DNA of 64,000 bases, from positions 119,350,001 through 119,414,000 of the forward strand of contig OZ024745.1 of assembly GCA_964016885.1 (NCBI GenBank). Reading direction: 5' to 3'. A program made the position numbers and the translations under genes. The stretch comes from Eledone cirrhosa (lineage: Eukaryota). Under the pieces are notes generated by a model. It had not been told where the DNA came from and did not search any database. It worked only from the letters and a program-made list of their open reading frames with translations. Below, piece by piece: positions 44,315-56,769 of the stretch (the stretch's first letter is position 1; each line of letters begins with the position of its first letter).

Positions 44315-46002
44315 TTTTACTTAAAGCATAGGACCAGCAGTTTTGATGGAGGGGACAGTCGATTAAATCGACCCCAGTGCATTACTGGTGTTTTATTTTA
44401 TCGACCTCGTAAGGATGAAAGTCAAAGCTAGCCTTGGCGGGTTTTAAACTCAGAACGTAAACGGTCGTAACTTTATGCTGCAAAGCATGGTGTCAGACGC
44501 TCTACCGATACTGCCAATCCACCACCCTTTTTGACACTCTAATAATTCCATTAATCCACCGTCTTTGACAGGTACGTTATTTAATCAACATCGAAAGGAT
44601 GAAATGCAAAAAAGCAACATTAATCCCGATAAGAAATAAATTCTGCTTGTAGAGAGTTGGAACAAATACCAGAAGGTATTTTGTCGCACGCTCTAACCTT
44701 TCTGCTAATGCACCTCTTCATAGTTTCAGATTGACTGCAGAGTTGAAGATTTTAGTGTAAGTGCGCATGATGTTCGTTGCGTCATCAGTACTGCACAGAA
44801 CAGTCGGATTCCCAACATTTCTATACAGGACAACCTTCACCTTGTTCGATACATCGTAGAGACAGAAGGTAATACATCGGGTTCTTATCAGCAATCTAAA
44901 GTGTTCAACTTATCAGCTGTCTTAACTAATCATGGTGGCATTCCTTTTATACAGCAGCATGTTAACTAACTTAACATTTGATTATAATATCGTAATCTCT
45001 AGGGCGATAGAGTGGCAATATTAGTAGACCATCGGACAACACGCTTCACTGTATAGAATTACGGCCCTTTACGTTCTGAGTTCAAGTCCCACCGAGTGTA
45101 ACTTTGCCTTTCATCCTTACGGGGATCGACAAAATAAAGTACCAGTAACGAAGTGGGGTCGATTTAATCGATTTGACCCTCCCCTATAATTGCTGGCCTT
45201 GTGCCTAAAGTAGAAACAATTATAATTTGGTAATAGAACGCTTTATTTTTGCCAGCCATGACACAAACGGTGTTTAGTGTGTGATTATATCAGTTAATCT
45301 AAATTTTCATGTGGAAATTTCCGATAGCTCCTTTGTTCCGTCTATGGATATAGCCCCGAGTTTTATCATTTAATTTAGATTGTTGACGATTCGGTTATTT
45401 GAATTTTACTTTGTATACACTCGATATTTATTCTCTACGCTTATACAGTAGAGAGGAAGCAATGGAAGGTTCTCTATAACAATTTAACTTCTTCAGAAAT
45501 GAATTCATGGTAACGAAACAGTAATCTATTCTGTATTCTGTTAGTGCGCCATTATAATAGTGGTGCGGTGGATTGGCAGTATCGGTAGAGGGTCTGACGC
45601 CATGCTTTGCAGCATAGAGTTACGACCCATTTTGATCTGAGTTCAAATCCCGCCGAGGTTAACTTTGTCTTTCATCCTTATGGGGTCGATAAAATAAAGT
45701 ACCAGTCACGCACTGGGGTCGATTTAATCGACTTTCCCTTCTCCCAAAATTGCTGGCCTTGTGCCTATATAAGAAACCACTATAACAGTGCTGGCCAGGC
45801 CAGTGGATTGGCAGTATCAGTAGAGGGTCGGACAAAATGCCTTATGGCATAGGGTTACGTCCATTTACGATCTGAGTTCAAATCCGGCTGAGGTTAGCTT
45901 TGCCTTTCATCCTTAGTACCAGTCACACACTGGCGGCGAATTATTCGACTTCTCCTTCCCCTCAGATTGTTGGCCTTGTGCCTAAATCAGAAATCATTAT
46001 TA
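44315..46002. mobile_element. Cluster of SINE family A, long subfamily: 44315-44525(-), 45005-45223(+), 45566-45783(+), 45803-46002(+)
   Basis: Four consensus matches. Confidence 0.88.
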
Positions 46003-47816
46003 TAGTTGTGGACTATACGGTCACATACGTTCTATATTTCATTTATTCTCTTTAATCACACAAAAAATGATGAGACCAATAGAGATATGTACATTTATCT
46101 CTAAATATCGTTATTACCAACTACAGATGTCCCTCTGTGTTTAAAGTAAAATACATGTTCATTAATATATGTGTATGTATATAGGTGCATATGTATATAT
46201 GTGTGTGCACATTTTTGTGATTGGAAAATGTTCTGGACCTACCAATTCAACACCAAACGAGGTCAACATTTTCAACTATCCCATATTTTCGTATGAGCGC
46301 GTGCTTTGTCTGAGGCAACTTGAATATATTCTTCAAAGAACTGTGGATTTTACCATTACTTTCGATCACTTACCTCCCAGGGACATTCGAACGGATTTTG
46401 CTACTTACATTCCACGGAGAGGAATAACAGATCTTCCGAAGAAAAATTTAAAAGGATTGGTTGCGGACCAGAACCCACTGTCACATTCCACTGGAGACAA
46501 CGCATGCAACCAACCTGGAGCAATTGTATCACACAATCACACACACAATTGCACATTCCTCCTTAACGTACACTTATAATTTTTCAAAAAACCAGCAGTC
46601 AGTGTTATCATCATACTTTCCTTCTATACCACAATTAATTAGACATCTCTATATTTCAGAGATGAAAACATTTATCAAATACGAAACTATAGGAACTCAA
46701 GAAATCACAATAAATTATCAAATTATTCGATTTTTCATGTATGATGTTTGCAATTATAATTATATAATACAAATTTGATATAATATTTCATTTTTTCTCA
46801 ATATATTGATTCTCGAGATTTATAAAACAAAATTAACTCATAATTTTAAAACAAATAATTTGAACCACTGTATTTAAGTTTCATTTTTCTCAAATGAGTC
46901 CCTACAATCTGTATTTGGCGACCTGGTGTTGACAAAACCAAAAATGATATTTCGTTTCATTTCATATTATATGTTATGGTAAAAACCATTAAGGAGTTTA
47001 AAATATTCAGATATGCATATAAAAACAAACACTTGTATTTTAGATAACTAATAATATTCCCATCAGCAAAACAACTCTGTCATTGTTTTATTTACTTTGT
47101 ATCTGCATGTCTGAATAGAGCTTTCAATGTTTTAATAATTCAATATGCTTTCATTTGCATACTAAATGTGTGATTATCAGGCGCATAGCACCCGCTACTC
47201 ATATAACATTTTGCCAGTGACTCTCTAACATTGTGGTTTCAAAAACCATTTCTTTGCTTAGTCTTTAGCTAGTGATGACTAAATTTCACTTTATTAATAA
47301 TCTCAAATACGCTAAATACATCAGGAGTTCTCTTCCGTAATGGTTATGTAGTTGTTTCTTTTTCTTCCCTGTGGAACACTTTCGTTTCAGGGTAGTCGAA
47401 AGCCCTGCCATGAGCTTGCTCTCAGGCTCCTATCTCTGGTGCTATCTTCAACAGACTGGCCTGACTGAATGCCCCACCGTCTCTGCTTTCTCTCGCTTTC
47501 ACTCGGGAGGAATTTTCTTCTAGCACGTAGCTGAGCCTTTTCAGACCTCTTACTCTGATGGTATCAACTTGCCCTTTCTATGAACACTTATTTACGATGT
47601 GATTACGCCAAAATATTATTAGTTTTTTCCTAAGGCAGCATTTGAGGAAGACACCGGCGCTTCTAAACATTCTGCTGTTCTTTCTCCACACGTTGTAAGT
47701 AGTTATTAGCATGGCGATTGTTGAATACATAATATATAGGATCCAGGCGCTGAAGCTACAGCTTTGTCAAATCATTTCCTCACGTCAGTTTTTTACGTAT
47801 TTCCTATCTTATTAAA

Positions 47817-47997
47817 ATAATTGTTTCTACTTTTGGCACAAGGCCAGCAATTATCACAGTGGTACTTTATGTCATCGACCCCGTAAGGATGAAAGGCAAA
47901 GTTAACCTCGGTGGGATTTGAACTCAGACTGCAAAGGGCCGTAACTCTATGCTGCAAAGCATGGCGGCAGACCCTCTACCGATACTGCCAATCCACC
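47817..47997 (-). mobile_element. SINE family A
   Basis: Match to the SINE consensus. Confidence 0.9.
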
Positions 47998-48391
47998 GAT
48001 TAATCTTCAATTTAAATTAATATTTGTTTATTGAATATATGGATATTTTTGAACCGCTTTTTAGTGTTGATGATGAAATAATATTTCACTTACATAATTC
48101 TAGTAAAATGTATTACATCCGTGTCAACAGATTTCAGCAACTATGTATACACAAATGTCACGCTACAGTTAGTTGTATTTCGGATATTACGTAATTTAAA
48201 GCTATGTGTCGTTTAAAATCTTGCACCGTTTTATTTTGATGCAGAAGTGTGTTGAAATGGCGTGAAGCTTGCCATAATTCGTACTTGTGTTAGTTAAGTT
48301 TGGTTATTTATATCAGAAGAAATATTTTAAGTTTGGTTATTTATATCAGAATGAATATATTAGGTTAACGCTTGAAATAGCAGAAAGAGGG

Positions 48392-48428
48392 TCTTAACGT
48401 TTCGGACGCTTGTCATTCATCAGAAGAA
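48392..48428 (-). ncRNA. Minimal type I hammerhead motif
   Basis: ucuu-CUGAUGA-au gac aagc guc c-GAAA-cg-UU|aaga. The stem III region is the palindrome AACGUU, suggesting a dimer-type fold. Confidence 0.6.
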
Positions 48429-48468
48429 AGATGAGAAATAAGATATATATATATATCTTATTTCTCAT

Positions 48469-48672
48469 CAAAGACAGGTACACATGTTGTTGAAGTGTGT
48501 TTTACTCCGTCAATACATCGATATGTCCAGCTCCTGGTTGTGTTGTTATTCCTCTGAGAAACTGGAATCATATGTTTCAGTTCCTCAGAGGAATAATAAC
48601 ACAACCAGGAGCTAGACGTATCGATGTATTGACGGAGTAAAACACACTTCAACAACATGTGTACCTGTCTTT
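48469..48672. repeat. ~100-bp-arm palindrome (centre CATATG at ~48570)
   Basis: AAAGACAGGTACACATGTTGTTGAAGTG.. mirrored by ..CACTTCAACAACATGTGTACCTGTCTTT. Confidence 0.95.
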
Positions 48673-48687
48673 TCCACACCAATTCGG

Positions 48688-48742
48688 ACTGCCTGAAGAG
48701 GTCACAGCCAATGATGGCTGTCACCGAAATATATATAGCAGT
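48688..48742 (+). ncRNA. Type I hammerhead ribozyme motif (AUA site), best-preserved copy
   Basis: acugc-CUGAAGA-ggucacagcca auga uggcugucacc-GAAA-uauaua-UA|gcagu. Stem I is 5 bp, stem II is 10/11 paired, and stem III is palindromic. Confidence 0.85.
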
Positions 48743-48808
48743 ATATCTATAATTTCTAATAAACGAAGCCAAATTTTACATATTTGACTTCATTATTAGG
48801 TTGGATTG

Positions 48809-49792
48809 GCGGTGGATTGGCAGTATCGGTAGAGGGTCGGACGCCATGCTTTCCAGCATAGTTACGTCCCTTTACGATCTGTGTTCAAATCCCTCCGAGG
48901 TTGACTTTGCCTTTCATCCTTACGGGGTCGATAAAATAAAGTACCAGTAATGCACTGGGTAATGTATATGTGGTTACGTTTATGCGTCGTCGCAAATTTG
49001 TACTTAAGTGAGTGTAGTATATTTTGGTGATTCTGGTTGAAGGTGAAGTTTAAATTAGAAAAAAAAAAAAATGTCTATAATGTTGTTCTGCACAAATGAA
49101 TTGAAAGTGATATTAAACACATTCAATTGCTTACTGTAACTTTGTTCAAGTAATCGGTTGATAAAATGATTTCACTACGTCTAATAATGTATGGATTGAT
49201 AAATACAAAATCTGTATCTATGGACAAGTAGAAAATGGCGATGGGAAAATGGAGTCACTATCGAAAACAGCATAATTTTGCATATAATATTTAATTGTTT
49301 CTACTTTTGGCACAAGGCCAGCAATTACCCAGTGCATTACTGGTACTTTATTTTATCGACCCCGTAAGGATGAAAGGCTAAGTTAACCTCGGCGGGATTT
49401 GAACTCAGAATGGCAAGGGCCGTAACTCTATGCGTCAAAGCATGGCGTCCGACCCTCTACCGATCCGCGGCGAGATATGAACTCAGAACGTAAAGGGTCA
49501 TAATTCTATGCTGCAAAGCATGGTGTCCGACGCTCGACGGATACTTCCAATCCACCGCCCTTACTCTAGTAAATAAGGGTTTCTTATATAGGCACAAGAC
49601 CAGCAATTTCGGGGGAGGGGAAAGTCCATTAAATCGAGCGCAGTGCATGACTGGTACTTTATTTTATTGACACCATAAGGATGAAAGGCAAAGTTAACCT
49701 CGGCGGGATTAGAACTCAGATCATAAAGGGCCGTAACTCTATGCTGCAAAGCATAGTATCTGACGCTCTACCGATACTGCCAATCCACCGCC
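48809..49792. mobile_element. SINE family A copies: 48809-48963(+), 49292-49464(-), 49478-49558(-), 49573-49792(-)
   Basis: Consensus matches. Confidence 0.9.
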
Positions 49793-49809
49793 TTTATTAT
49801 GGTAAATTA

Positions 49810-50560
49810 TGAATGGACTTCAGCTGGTCAATGCAAGGTGAGAAAGGAGCTGTATTCTTTATGTTAGTGAGTCGATTCTATTACATGGAACATATTTACA
49901 GTTAAACTAAAACCTTTGAAAGTTCATTGTCCAGACGACAAATACTGTCTATTGACGGTGATAGGATACAAAACATCGATTCTGTGTCTAGTAATTGCTT
50001 ATCTACAGGTCAGACTGAATAGAGCAGAATGTTAACCAAACGTATTGGAGACTTGATTCTCCCGTATGCTTGTATAATAGACAGAATATTACCCAATGTA
50101 ATCCGTTTAGAATGTAAAAAGTGTAATTTGAATGAGAACTGGTTGATATATTTAGCAGGTCGAGCGAAAATCTCTTTATACTGTCAAGTCGGTTAAATGC
50201 TTTAGTTATGTCACAAAAACTTGATAAAGAGTAAGTTCCTGTATGATGCTATTCTCTAGCAACAAAATAATATTTGTGACTTCCCTATTAGATCTAAATC
50301 TACATTGAGACTGTTCGGTGACGATAGAACATATAAAAACATTTGGCGAAGATTTTACCAACAATCACTAATAAGGTAGTACCATGAGGGTTGGCATAGT
50401 TTGACATCTTTTCATTTGTACAACGAAATTAGTATTGCATTTCTCTAATCACGTGGAACTGGAGAATCATTCCAGGCATTGATAATAAATATGGTTACAG
50501 GATCAGTCAATAGATTGCCACTATACACAATGATGGATGTTTTCTCCACTGCTTACACTG
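49810..50560 (-). pseudogene. Highly decayed LINE RT fragment
   Basis: Minus-strand frames around 50340-50480 give VPRD*RNAILISLYK and GTTLLVIVGKIFAK, matching the N-terminal RT motifs. Boundaries are uncertain. Confidence 0.5.
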
Positions 50561-51019
50561 CTTTCTGATTTAAACTAAGATGGTGTCTACACCTGTTCAA
50601 GGTGAATCATATGTAGAAGAAAATATGTTCAAGAGAAAAGACGTGATATAAATGATTCTTTAATGTGTTTCAACAGATCCGTATATAAGTATAGATCTAT
50701 AGATTTTGGGATGAGCCTGAGAATTGAGAGGGCTTCGATCGCTTTTGGGACACACATCGAACGAGCCTGATCAGAAAGAAAGTTGAAATTCTTCCCCAAG
50801 ATTAGCATCTATCGAATTATTTTATTACAGGCTTCATTAGACTGGTAAACTTGTTAAGTTTGATATTCAGGTCGAGAATCAGGAGGTCGTTCTCTGTATT
50901 ACGATAAAAAAAACATGAGACATGTACAGTGGAGTGCGATTGGATTGCAGAGTTTGTGAAATTACCAAACGCATTTTCTAATAGCGATGAATGAGAGGGG
51001 GGGGGGGGGGCTAGAGATG

Positions 51020-51084
<65 letters not shown>

Positions 51085-51439
51085 AGAAAGAGATAGACAG
51101 TGGGAGAGAGTGGCATAAACAGCGTGTGTCCGAGCTAGAAAGTTTAGTAACTACAGTTTGCATTGCAATGCGACCTTAGATATTTTACACATCAATGTGC
51201 CAATGTTATTGATGTTTTGCTATGATTTCCTGCCTAATTGAATGTTGCTTTACATCACTTCTTTCTTTTTATCTCAACAGAATTAATAATATGTTATGTG
51301 GAAGTACCTTTGTATCGAATGACTCACGCGCGTCTCTTATTAACACTTAATCAAAATAGTTTTCTAGACGAATACTTTACTTGCTAGAAATGGCACTCAC
51401 ATTGTTCACTATTTAGAAACGAAACAATCATTCGATAAT

Positions 51440-52145
51440 GTGGATCTAGCGTGGATACTTTCGGCCTCCACCTGATTTCCTGTCGCTACAGTGCCGGCCG
51501 CCTTCCACGCCATGCTGCCCTCAACGAGGTCATAAAGCATGGCTTGGATGTTGCAGGCTTCCCCTCCCAGATCGAGCCGGTGGGGTTGGACCGAGAGAGC
51601 GGCTAAAGGCCAGATGGTGTGAGAATCTTCCCGTTCCGCGTGGAAAACTACTCGTCTAGGATGCCACTTGCAGCGACACATTCTCCAGCCGCAACCTGCT
51701 GCAGTCTGCGTATAAACTAGGTTCTGCTGCACGTTGGGCTGCAGAGAGCAAACTCTCCAACTACTGGTTGCTCTCCGACACGTTTGCAGTCGTGCCCTTG
51801 GCAGTGGAGACTTCTGGTGTCCTTGGCTCTAGGGCTACCTCCCTATTCACTACCATAGGCGCTGAGCTGGCCAGCGGCAGATGTGAGTCTCGCCAGATGA
51901 AATGGCTCTTCCAGCACATCCCCCTTACCATCCTCCGGGGAAACGCCTTCTCCATTCTGTCCAACGGGGCTGAGGGGCGGCCAACACGTGGGACCCCATT
52001 TGCTCACCATACAGAGAGATGGAGAGGGCGAGAGAGATGAGGGCGATGACGGTGGGAGTTCGGCTCTCCCGTGCTCGGACACATTGCACCTGCCAAGAGT
52101 GTATATTGGTGCACAATCTTCTGTCATTAAACCATTTGCGTAACC
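51440..52145 (+). pseudogene. CRE-like non-LTR retroelement 3' part with restriction-like (PD-D/E) endonuclease
   Basis: EPVGLDRESG*RPDG..FP/RGKLLV*DATCSDT, then FAVVPLAVETSGVLG..WLFQ..LRGNAFSIL; a GC-rich island. Confidence 0.8.
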
Positions 52146-53049
52146 ACATGCTGAGTTAAGGAATCTAGAAACATCTTCAGACTAAATGCGGACTTTATAT
52201 TTTTCCATTCGATAATGTAGTGCACGGTTTGGGAGCAGACGACTGGGTAGTCACCGTTAGGATACTTCTGTACATAGGTCTCGATCAGGGCTGTCTTGAG
52301 TATGAAGAAAATCGATAACAACAGTAACTGCACATTGGATATCTATAATATGAATTCGCCCTCAGATTTTGCTCGGCAAGCATTCACACTATACGTTATG
52401 GTTTTAAGAAAAACTAGTCGTTCGACATGGTGTCACCGACAACACATTCTCTTATGTAATTCCAACAATTTCCCGACAGCGTTTCCTTCTTTTTATGAGG
52501 TGGCTCTCTTCTGGAAGTATTGTAGATGTCTGAATGTATTTGGATACGATTTTTATATGGTGATTGTGTATGTGATTGCTGGAGTTCACTGCGGCTACAT
52601 GTTTTTTTATCTGTATTAACCATAACAGTTGTTTAATTTATCAGTGGATGTTCATGAGAGATGAATTTATCTCTTAAAAATGGATGATATATTAAATAAA
52701 TCAGTACTGAATGTAATGTGCCAGGAAAGAATAAACAATAGTTGCGACCTGAATACTGATCAAATATTGTGTGCAATAGTGTGGTTTATGTTTGTATTGT
52801 TTTTATCTCGGGTCAAACCTTCACACAGAGTGGACCAATGATGTTAAGTAATTTAAGAGTGGCAACAACGTTCTTTTAGTTGTATGTTTTGGACTATACT
52901 ATATATGTTTAACTTATTTAAGGATGGGGGCGAGATTTGTTATTTAGAGCGAGATCAACACTGACAAAGAACAGAATGATCATTAAAGGGGTTCATTTTT
53001 TATTTCTATCAGGTTAAATCAGGAAAAAACATTTTGTGTCTGTCTGTAG

Positions 53050-53120
<71 letters not shown>

Positions 53121-53159
53121 TCTCTCTCTCTCTCTCTCTTTCTCTGTAAAGAAGAAAAA

Positions 53160-53445
53160 GATGAAAAAATTATAATCATGATGATGATGATGATGATGAC
53201 GATGGTGGTGACGATGGCGATGATAATGATGATGATGATGAAAAAAATGATAATGATTATGATGTTGAATATAATGATGAAAAGGTGATGATGATTATGA
53301 GCATGAAGATGTTGCTTCTGCTGCTGATACTGGTGAAGAAATGCCGCTGCTGCTGCTGCTGCCACTGCTGCTGATGATGATAATGATAATGTCGTTACTA
53401 CCACTGATGATAATTCTGATGATGATGACGATGATGATAATGATT
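53160..53445. repeat. Imperfect (GAT)n/(GCT)n triplet repeats
   Basis: Direct reading; source of the poly-M/I/A ORFs. Confidence 0.9.
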
Positions 53446-53807
53446 AATGCATTGGCAACATGAATCCCAACAGTAGCGGAAAACGGCGCATCATAGTATT
53501 GCGAAGACCAAAGAAACGACTAGAACGAAGGCAGCAGGACACGCATTAGAAACGACAACAACAAGAAGCGCAACGTGAAGAGAACAACAACAACAACAAC
53601 AACCACATCGGATGACAAAGAATAAAGATGCAATAAAACTAACAGTTAGACATAAAATATTTTTTATTAGCTTCATACGAGAGAAATATATATCGTATGG
53701 TTCAGACAAGAAATCTGCTTGAAAGACTTCCTCAACAGCTTTATACTCGCATTGTTTCTCTTATCTATTTATCTACCCACCCATCTCTCTCTCTCTAACT
53801 ATTGCTA

Positions 53808-53838
<31 letters not shown>

Positions 53839-53857
53839 AAATTTTATTTTTTGTTAT

Positions 53858-53975
53858 ATTTTATTTTATTTTTATATATTGTTATTGCCTCCTCCTTATT
53901 GAGGACGCCTTGTTTTGTAAACTCCCCCCATTGTACTTGTCCCACTTTTGATGCCCTGGTGGCAAATAAAAGAAA
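53858..53975 (+). mobile_element. Short 3'-end-only copy of the Tx1-like LINE inside the (TCTA)n array
   Basis: TGTAAACTCCCCCCATTGTACTTGTCC..TGCCCTGGTGGCAAATAAAA aligns with 56513-56569. Confidence 0.75.
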
Positions 53976-54340
53976 CATATCTATCTATCTATTGCTATAT
54001 CTATCTATCTCTTTCTATATCTAAATATTTCTATATCTAAATATTTCTCTATCTATCGATCTCTCTAACTATTGCTATATCTATCTATCTATCTATCTAT
54101 TGCTACATCTATCTATCTCTTTCTATATCTAAATATTTCTCTATTTATATATCTCTCTTACTATATCTATCTATCTATCTATCTATTGCTATATCTATCT
54201 ATCTATCTATATCTATCTATCTATATATCTTTCTATCTATTGCTAACTCTATCTATCTCTTTCTATATCTAAATATTTCTCTATCTATCTATCTCTCTAA
54301 CTATTGCTATATATATCTATCTATCTATTTCTATATCTAT

Positions 54341-56569
54341 GCCGGACATGTTCTCCTGTCTCCTGGAAGCGGTCTACTGCAATTGGCAGCAGAACGGGAG
54401 AATTCTCAGTTCTGTGACCAGGGGCGTAATCACGTTAGTCAGGAAGGACGAGAACAAGGGGGATGACATAGGCAACTTCCGGCCCATAACTCTGCTCAAC
54501 ACATAGTTACAAATTTTGGCCAAGGTGTTGGCAAAGAGGCTGGCGCTTGTCGCCGAAAACCTGGTGGGAGAAGCGAAGACATGCGCAATCCCGACTAGGT
54601 CCATACACGACAACCTCCACCTCATGCGATACATCATAGAGAGGGTAGGGTGTAAATCTGGCTTCGGTGGGGCCCTGATCAACTTGGATCAGTCTAAGGC
54701 TTTCGATAGGGCTGACCATCGTTACCTGGATGCGGTGCTCGAGGCGGCAGGCTTCGGTCCCGTGTTCGCGGGCTGGATTACTGCAATGCACAATAGCAAC
54801 AACTGCTCAAGGGTCAAGGTGAACGGCTACCTCTCGGAGCCGTTCCATATCACGCGATCCATCCGACAGGGATGCCCTCTCTCCTCCCTTCTGTACTTAC
54901 TGACTCACGAGCCACTACTGCGGAAGTTGGAGCTATTGCAAGGAATCCCTTTGGAACCGGGACTGCGACAAGAGGGGTCGGCCTACGCCGACGACGTGAC
55001 AGTAAGGGTGTCGAGCACCTCGCAAATCGGGGAGATCGGCACCTTACTGGAGGAATACGAAAGGTTCACAGGAGCGAAGCTGAAACGGGACAAATCCGTC
55101 GGTTTGCAACTCGGAACGTGGAGAGGCAAACCTATGCCTTCCGATGACGTCGTCTGACGCTGGACGGAAGGACCGGTAAAGCTGCTAGGGGTCTGAAGAA
55201 CTGGAACGAGGTGACGGCCAAGGTGTTTGCGCTCACCCAGAAGTGGGCCTAGTGCAAACTATCCTTGAAATGTCGAGCGGAGGGTGCGAACACTTTTATA
55301 GCGTCCGTCATCTACTACCGCTTGACTGTTGTGCCTTGTCCAGCCAAAACACTCACCAAAATGGAGCGCGCGCTCTTCCAATTCCTTTGGAAGAAACGGG
55401 CTCCTTTGCTGAGAAGATGCATCTGCTGCCAACCCCCTTCAAACGGAGGGCTGGGGATGCCGTGGCTGACGATGCGCAAACACGCGCTCAGGCTGCGGCA
55501 CCTCCACGTATTCCTCACCAGACAACCGGTGTGGGCCCCGTTCGTGAGGAGAGCCTTCCCACGATTCGTCCCGCTGACCGAGCTGCAGACCTGGGTCAAG
55601 CAAAGACCGAGGAAAATGGGCGACCGGCATATCGAATGTGCTCAGGCGCTCACAGTCCTCTGGCAAACGGACCCAGCGATCAGTGGAGACTCCACTTCGA
55701 CATTCTATAGAGGGTTGGTCCGCAGCAAGTGCGACGACACGCTCGGAGAAACTCTAGGCGTAGAGGAGGACGAACAGGCCAGTCTGTTCGGTAGGACCTT
55801 CCGCCCGGGACCAATGGACAACTTCCAAAAGTCCCTGGCCTGGCAGTGCTACCGAGGAGCTCTACCAGTGCGAGATAAGCTCTACAGACACGGGCGTCCG
55901 GGTAGGGACCCTTCGAAAAAAATCTGTCCGAGATGCGTGCCCGACGAGGCAACCGTCGCACATGCATTTGTATACCGTCCGGGCGTTACCGACCTGTGGG
56001 GCTATGTAGAACGACTATTGTCGCAGGTGGGACCAATCCAGTTGACCACCGAGTCCATTGTCATGATCAAACTGCCACCCTCCTTCAAAAACGAGGGAGA
56101 GACGGTTTTCCTATGTGTTATGGCTATGGTGAAAGAGATTATATGGTGGACGAGGTTAAAAGGGCTGAGATCAGACACCTTTCTCTCCGCCGAGCAACTG
56201 ATTCGTTTTTTCAAATATCATTTTGGAAGAAGAATCAGGATGGAGATAGAGGTGCTGTACCCCAGCAAATTTTATAAAAGGTGGGTGAATGTGGCAAAGA
56301 TGGCCCGAGTGGTTGGCCCTTCTCTCTATATAAGCCTGTAGGTTGAGGAAAAAGAGGAAGAGAGGAAGGGAGTACTCACTCTTCGTGCTCCTGGAGATGA
56401 GGGTTGTACATTTTTTCGGGGTGTGTACAGCCCCTGTGTAACACCTCCCCCTATTGGGGGTTTCAATTGTCATTTGTTGTTTTATTAATAGTTTTATTTT
56501 CATATACCTGTATGTAAACTCCCCATTTGTATTTGTCCTATTCTTTTGTGCCCTTGTGGCTAATAAAAA
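54341..56569 (+). mobile_element. Tx1/L1-clade LINE, 5'-truncated (RT plus C-terminal Zn-binding region), inserted in (TCTA)n
   Basis: NFRPITLLN, LINLDQSKAFDR, SIRQGCPLS, AYADDVT, GGLGMP, CYRGALPVRDKL and CPRC..E.V.HAF; a few stops and frameshifts; ends AATAAAAA; (TCTA)n on both sides. Confidence 0.92.
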
Positions 56570-56769
56570 TTGTATCTATCTATCTATCTATTTCTATATC
56601 TAAATATTTCTCTATCTATCTATTTATCTATCAATCTATCTATATATATATCGATATCTAAGTATCTATCTATCTATCTATCTATCATCTATTCATATAT
56701 AAATATTTCTCTATCCATCCATCTATCCATCCCTTCATCCATATATGTATATATGTATATATATATATA

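Noticed and set aside
46169-46579. 136-aa ORF in unique sequence
   Set aside because: It starts in a low-complexity tract and shows no recognisable domain or splice context on the plus strand.
53009-53404. Poly-Ala/Gln/His ORF resembling a transcription-factor low-complexity region
   Set aside because: It derives from (GAT)n/(GCT)n and (CT)n repeats with no flanking domain.
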